Of a stretch of DNA of 64,000 nt, positions 59,879-64,000 are shown in pieces (the first letter of the stretch is position 1; each line of letters starts with the position of its first letter). The stretch covers positions 20,287-84,286 of the forward strand of contig JBEEIB010000301.1 in the NCBI GenBank assembly GCA_041167675.1, given 5' to 3'. Source of the DNA: Verrucomicrobiota bacterium (GTDB lineage Bacteria > Verrucomicrobiota > Verrucomicrobiia > Chthoniobacterales > JAFAMB01). The position numbers and the translations under genes were made by a program. A model generated the notes under the pieces. The model was not told where the DNA came from and did no database searches. It saw nothing but the letters and a program-made list of their open reading frames with translations.

Positions 59879-61831
59879 TCACCACTCGGATCCGCCATCG
59901 ATGGCAATTTGCGCGCCGGTCGTCTTTGAAAATGCGGAACCGCAGACCGTCACCACCAGCTCTGCCACATCTTGACTGCAGATTTCGGTCCGCAGAAAAT
60001 TAGCTCGGCGGTACTCGTCGACGGTCATACTCCGGCATCTCGCCCGTTGCGCAAGGACCTCCGGCGTCCAGATCCCGGTATCAAAAACATTATCGGGGTG
60101 CACGATCTGCACTCGGATTCGAGACACCCCCCATTCTGCAGCGGCAGATCGTACTAGCTGGGTGAGGGCGGCTTTCGCCGCGGCATAGGCGGCAGTTCCC
60201 TTCCCTGAGGGTGCGAGATTTTGCGGCGAAACTACGATTATCCGACCGCCGCGCGGTGATTCATTGAGGTACGGATAGCAACTGCGCAGCAAGTTGAAGT
60301 TCGCGTCCAGATTAACTCGCATTGCGTGCTGCCAAGCGCCCAGTTCCAGATCAACAATCCGTCTGGCTGAAGGCAGGAAACCTGTATTCAGAACTAAAAT
60401 ATCGATTCCACCGAAACGCTGCACAGTCCGGTCCAATGCATGGGCTACCTCCTTTTCGTTCGTGACGTCGGAAGGAAGACCAAGAAATGCGGAAACATCG
60501 GTCAAAGCCGAAATAGCGGGATTCAAATCCAAGCCCGCGACTGCTGCCCCCCTCGCCAGGAATGCCTTAACCGTTGCGCGACCAATTCCTGATGCCGCGC
60601 CAGTGATCAGAGCGATTTCCCCGGCGAATGCCAACTTTCTCTCCGAATCGGTCTTTGCGGTTCTCGCGAATCCGAATCGCAACAGATCGAACTCTGAGAC
60701 GGGTTGCCAACTGCCCAACTGCTCTGCCTGAAGGATGATTTTGGCTGTGTGCTGGAAGGCTGTGGCTACGAGATCGGCTTCTTCGGGTTTGTCTCCGACG
60801 GCCAGAAGTCCGAGCGCCGGATCGATGATGATTCGCGGGGTCAGGTCGGGAAGCTCGCCTATATTGCTGGCTCGCTGGAGGAAGTAGTCCCGATACCGCT
60901 CAACGAAAGCTTGAACATCGCGTCCGGCCAAAGGCGATCGTTTCAGGAAACGAAGATGCTCTGGTGATGCTGGACCGCGGTTGAGCAACACGACCGCGTC
61001 CGGGCGAGCCATGAGCTCTGGAAGGAACTCATTCTGGTGAGTTGAGAGGATCATTGGTCTCCCGGCCAGCTCGGAAAGTCGGCGCCTAAGCTGTGCCAAT
61101 TCAGTCCGTGCGACTAAACCACCGGCGTTTGTTGTTCTAGTGACGCGTGCTGGGCTGAGTGATTTCTGAATTCTCTCTTCCGCCGCACTCACTAAATGTA
61201 GCATTTGCCGATACGACTCCTCGGGAGTCTCGCCAAAAGTACATAGACCTCGCTTGGCCAGAACTAAACCGTCTGGTTTCTTTGTACGCCGAGCTTCTAG
61301 TGCTTCTGCAACCGCTTTTGCGAGATCGAAGTTGGATTGAAAATAGGGAATAAGAAGAATGTTCCGCCCGAAGACCGACTGGATCAGCTCGGCGGCGCGT
61401 GGCGTATTGGTCAGGCTCAAAATCGCATCGGCGCTGACCTGATCTACGTATTTGGCTGGAATCACCGCATGAAGCAATGCGTCCAGTGTCGGCTCTGCGG
61501 AATCTGGTTGGTTCGATGCTAACCGGATCTGTAGTTCCAGCCCGCGGGCCGAGAGTCCTGGCAGACTGAGCAATCGAAGCAGGTGATCCCGACGCAATGG
61601 GATAAACTGCGCGAATTCGATGTGCGCGAGATTAGTGCCGGTCGCGTGAACATATATCAACTCGGCAGGTTCTCCGAAGAGATCCTTCTCCGTGGTTTTG
61701 ACCGAGACGGTTCCTCCGAATGTGCAACCGAGATCAGGTTCCTTAGCCAACAAGCGTGCGGAATAGATTCGCTGTTCGAGTTCGTTTGAATTCCACCGTT
61801 CGCTTTCAGCAGAGTTCCAAAGACTTTTCAT
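59879..61831 (-). CDS. Bifunctional class II aldolase-like / short-chain dehydrogenase fusion (aldolase site degenerate)
   Basis: MKSLW, RIYSARLL, GG.VSVK, LLHA.IP..YVD, PRII; SDR TGAASGIG, FGGIDILV.N.G, YAAAK, HPD.VFDTG.W, KTTG.....DGG. Confidence 0.85.
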   Translation of the reverse strand: MKSLWNSAESERWNSNELEQRIYSARLLAKEPDLGCTFGGTVSVKTTEKDLFGEPAELIYVHATGTNLAHIEFAQFIPLRRDHLLRLLSLPGLSARGLELQIRLASNQPDSAEPTLDALLHAVIPAKYVDQVSADAILSLTNTPRAAELIQSVFGRNILLIPYFQSNFDLAKAVAEALEARRTKKPDGLVLAKRGLCTFGETPEESYRQMLHLVSAAEERIQKSLSPARVTRTTNAGGLVARTELAQLRRRLSELAGRPMILSTHQNEFLPELMARPDAVVLLNRGPASPEHLRFLKRSPLAGRDVQAFVERYRDYFLQRASNIGELPDLTPRIIIDPALGLLAVGDKPEEADLVATAFQHTAKIILQAEQLGSWQPVSEFDLLRFGFARTAKTDSERKLAFAGEIALITGAASGIGRATVKAFLARGAAVAGLDLNPAISALTDVSAFLGLPSDVTNEKEVAHALDRTVQRFGGIDILVLNTGFLPSARRIVDLELGAWQHAMRVNLDANFNLLRSCYPYLNESPRGGRIIVVSPQNLAPSGKGTAAYAAAKAALTQLVRSAAAEWGVSRIRVQIVHPDNVFDTGIWTPEVLAQRARCRSMTVDEYRRANFLRTEICSQDVAELVVTVCGSAFSKTTGAQIAIDGGSEW

Positions 61832-61932
61832 GCCACGTTGTTCCCTTCCCCAAAAATCCGCCCCCCCAATCGAAAGACCGTACTAAATTATTAGATTTGG
61901 TTTTCGTTGAAAGAGAGCAGTTTTGTCTTTGA

Positions 61933-62676
61933 TTGCGTTTTTTGTGCCAAGTGGTGACGAACTTTCTTCAGCCTCACCGGAAATTTGATCCTTCATTGAC
62001 TGAGATCATGGATCGGCCACAACCGATATCGGATGATCTCCGGCTTGATCTCGACAATATCGAAAAATTGAATCGTCGATTTGGGAGTTATGACCTGATT
62101 CGTCACTTTCTGAATCGATGGATTCTTCCCGCTGAATCGGTTTCCCTGCTGGATCTATGTACCGGCTCGGGCGACATCCCAAGGTTCATAGCCGATTGGT
62201 CGCGAGCACAGAATTCGATCGTCAGAATTCATGCGGTCGATTTCCAGCCTTCGACGCTTTCTATCGCCGAAGCTAGATCAGTGCATTATCCTGAGATTAG
62301 CTACGAAGCAGCGGATGTGCTTCGCTTTAGGCCGGCCCAACCATTCGACATCATTATTTGTTCGCTTGCCTTGCATCATTTCGCATTCCCTGACGCGGTC
62401 AATCTATTGCGGAGAATCCGGGGTTTCGCGCGCCGCGGCGTGGTAGTAGCGGACTTGGCACGTTCGGATTTCGGGATTGTAGGGATTTACCTCCTGACCA
62501 GCTTGTTAGTTAAGCATCCAATGAACAGATTTGACGCTCGGCTTTCGATGCGTCGTGCCTTTTCCTTTCGGGAACTGGCAGCCGCGGCAGTCGCGGCGGG
62601 GTGGTCGGGATTTGGCCATCGCCGCTTTCCGGTAAGCCGACAGGCGATCTGGCTGGAGAGTAAAGCGCCGGCTTAG
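61933..62676 (+). CDS. Class I SAM-dependent methyltransferase
   Basis: E.MD, DL.NI..LNR.FG, LLDLCTGSGDIP, FDI..CSLALHHF, DL.R, DA.LS..RAF. Confidence 0.88.
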   Translation: MRFLCQVVTNFLQPHRKFDPSLTEIMDRPQPISDDLRLDLDNIEKLNRRFGSYDLIRHFLNRWILPAESVSLLDLCTGSGDIPRFIADWSRAQNSIVRIHAVDFQPSTLSIAEARSVHYPEISYEAADVLRFRPAQPFDIIICSLALHHFAFPDAVNLLRRIRGFARRGVVVADLARSDFGIVGIYLLTSLLVKHPMNRFDARLSMRRAFSFRELAAAAVAAGWSGFGHRRFPVSRQAIWLESKAPA

Positions 62677-62822
62677 GAGGCGGTTGAACCACGGGCGCAA
62701 GTTACAGGAACCAACAGCCTCCTGGCCAGTCCGTTTCAGGTAATCATCTTTCAGAGCTCCTTCATCCAGTCGCTCCATTGACGAAAGGGGACGAATCGCT
62801 TAGTCAACATAGACGCGTTCCG

Positions 62823-63314
62823 ATGAACATCCGAACTGTATTGCCGCTGATTCTCTTCTCGATTTCGGCTCGGATCTATGCGGACACGGCAATCGATCTG
62901 AACCGATTTCAAGTAAGGGTAGAAAAGGGAGCGCAGGCTCGAGCAGAGATCGTAGATGACACCGAGGCAGGTCAAAAGGCGTTACTCGTGACAGTATCGA
63001 AGCCTGGTCCAGAGTTCTGGAGTGTAGAGTTGCGCGCGCCCGGTTTCCAATTCCAGGCGGATAAACATTATGAGCTCAAGTTTCGAGCGAAAAGCGCACC
63101 GGGCGAGTACGTCTATTTCGTGGCAGAGAAGAATTCGGGTAATCAGGAATCGATTGCTCTAGGGACAACACTGAAAATCCCCGAGCAGTGGACAGACTGC
63201 ACGGTCGTTCTTGACGTAAACCAGAACGGTGACCCAGGGCGGCTCACCATTAGCGATCTTGCAGTCGAGCCATCCAGTTTTCGATTCTGCGATTTTGAGC
63301 TGATAGAGAAGTAG
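62823..63314 (+). CDS. Small secreted protein with a CBM4/9-like galactose-binding fold
   Basis: Signal peptide; V.V.KPG.E.W.V.L, Y.LKFRAKS, W, beta-rich. Confidence 0.55.
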   Translation: MNIRTVLPLILFSISARIYADTAIDLNRFQVRVEKGAQARAEIVDDTEAGQKALLVTVSKPGPEFWSVELRAPGFQFQADKHYELKFRAKSAPGEYVYFVAEKNSGNQESIALGTTLKIPEQWTDCTVVLDVNQNGDPGRLTISDLAVEPSSFRFCDFELIEK

Positions 63315-63318
63315 CTCT

Positions 63319-63446
63319 AGAATTCAGAAGCCAGAAGCCGGAATCTAGAACGTCCGTTGCCCAATGCCGCGACCGACCATTTGTGGTTCCCAGATTACGA
63401 ATTCTTGCTCCTGGCCTCCGGGCTCTGGCTTCTGGCTTCTGAATTT
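63319..63446. repeat. Inverted arrays of 7-bp AGAA[GT]NN repeats between convergent genes
   Basis: AGAATTC AGAAGCC AGAAGCC GGAATCT at 63319-63346 and the complementary array at 63399-63446. Confidence 0.75.
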
Positions 63447-64000
63447 TGCCTCTCGGCCAAATACTCTCGCGCTAAGTCGCTGCGCTTCAGCTTGCCGCGG
63501 GCATTGACCGGGAGAGAAGAGACCAGTTTGAAATCGCGTGGCACCTGCCAGTCGGCCAACCCAATTCGGCAGTGCGTCTCGATCTGTTGTCGGGTAGTCG
63601 ATTCATGAGCGAGAACAAGCGCGACCAGATCCTCATTGCGATTCAGTGAGGGAACACCGAAGGCGATGGCATCAATGATCCCAGGCAATTTACGCAAATG
63701 TTCTTCTATGACCGAGGGATGGACTTTCTTACCAGCGACGTTGATTGAGTCCGACGCGCGACCGTAAAGTTGTGCACCGTGCTCCAGCCATCGGACCAGG
63801 TCTCCCGGGACGAAGCGCATACCATCAAGGACCTCGGGTTCCGGATTAGGGAAATAACCATCGCCGACATTCGGGCCATGAACTTCGATCCGATCATTTT
63901 CGCGAGGCCGGATTTCCACACCATTCATCGGGGTACCCACAAATCCGGAAGGAGCATCCAGTTTTCCTTTTCGATCAAAAGCGATCCCACCGCATTCAGA
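63395..64000 (-). CDS. AMP-binding (acyl-CoA ligase-like) enzyme, C-terminal part; start beyond the window
   Basis: SECGGI, VG.P..GV, GY, GDL, GR..D.INVAGKKVHP..IE, LP.N.RGKL.R. Confidence 0.88.
   Translation of the reverse strand, partial: SECGGIAFDRKGKLDAPSGFVGTPMNGVEIRPRENDRIEVHGPNVGDGYFPNPEPEVLDGMRFVPGDLVRWLEHGAQLYGRASDSINVAGKKVHPSVIEEHLRKLPGIIDAIAFGVPSLNRNEDLVALVLAHESTTRQQIETHCRIGLADWQVPRDFKLVSSLPVNARGKLKRSDLAREYLAERQNSEARSQSPEARSKNS

Noticed and set aside
696-63924. Many short ORFs overlapping or antisense to identified genes (e.g. 701-1291, 7193-7744, 15081-15683, 34167-34739, 58501-59088)
   Set aside because: Shadow ORFs expected in GC-rich coding DNA, with no recognisable motifs
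1-64000. tRNA, rRNA, transposase or integrase genes
   Set aside because: None recognised by eye; tRNAscan-SE, Infernal and ISEScan would be needed to exclude them formally

Overview
A 64 kb bacterial chromosomal window. Gene content and intergenic repeat style suggest a Verrucomicrobiota (probably Chthoniobacterales-like) organism; this is an inference, not a database result. Most of it is housekeeping: pyk, aroD, acvB/lpiA-like pair, sanA, panD, rsmB, ugd, lptD, galE, lpxA, radC, a nuoD-N operon (no nuoABC) divergent from a type II NADH dehydrogenase with a perfect Rex box between them, mqnP-like prenyltransferase, metH, a MoxR/Bat operon, icd, and marR-tolC-pgeF. No rRNA, tRNA, CRISPR array, integrase or transposase was recognised. 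The most unusual part is 22.4-25.5 kb. It contains (i) a small secreted protein with five tandem 12-aa F[LI]GPLH[RP] units whose DNA differs mainly at synonymous sites, a candidate multi-core peptide precursor, and (ii) a direct duplication of the radC 3' end plus a 36-bp inverted repeat bracketing an NTF2-like gene. Other notable items: a sugar-transferase pseudogene with an internally inverted fragment, a frameshifted four-helix-bundle gene with an in-gene 9-bp-period palindrome, a rod-like candidate ncRNA between rsmB and ugd, an aldolase/SDR fusion that has lost its zinc ligands, and a lipoprotein gene inserted between nuoD and nuoE. All family assignments come from motif recognition by eye; no searches were run.
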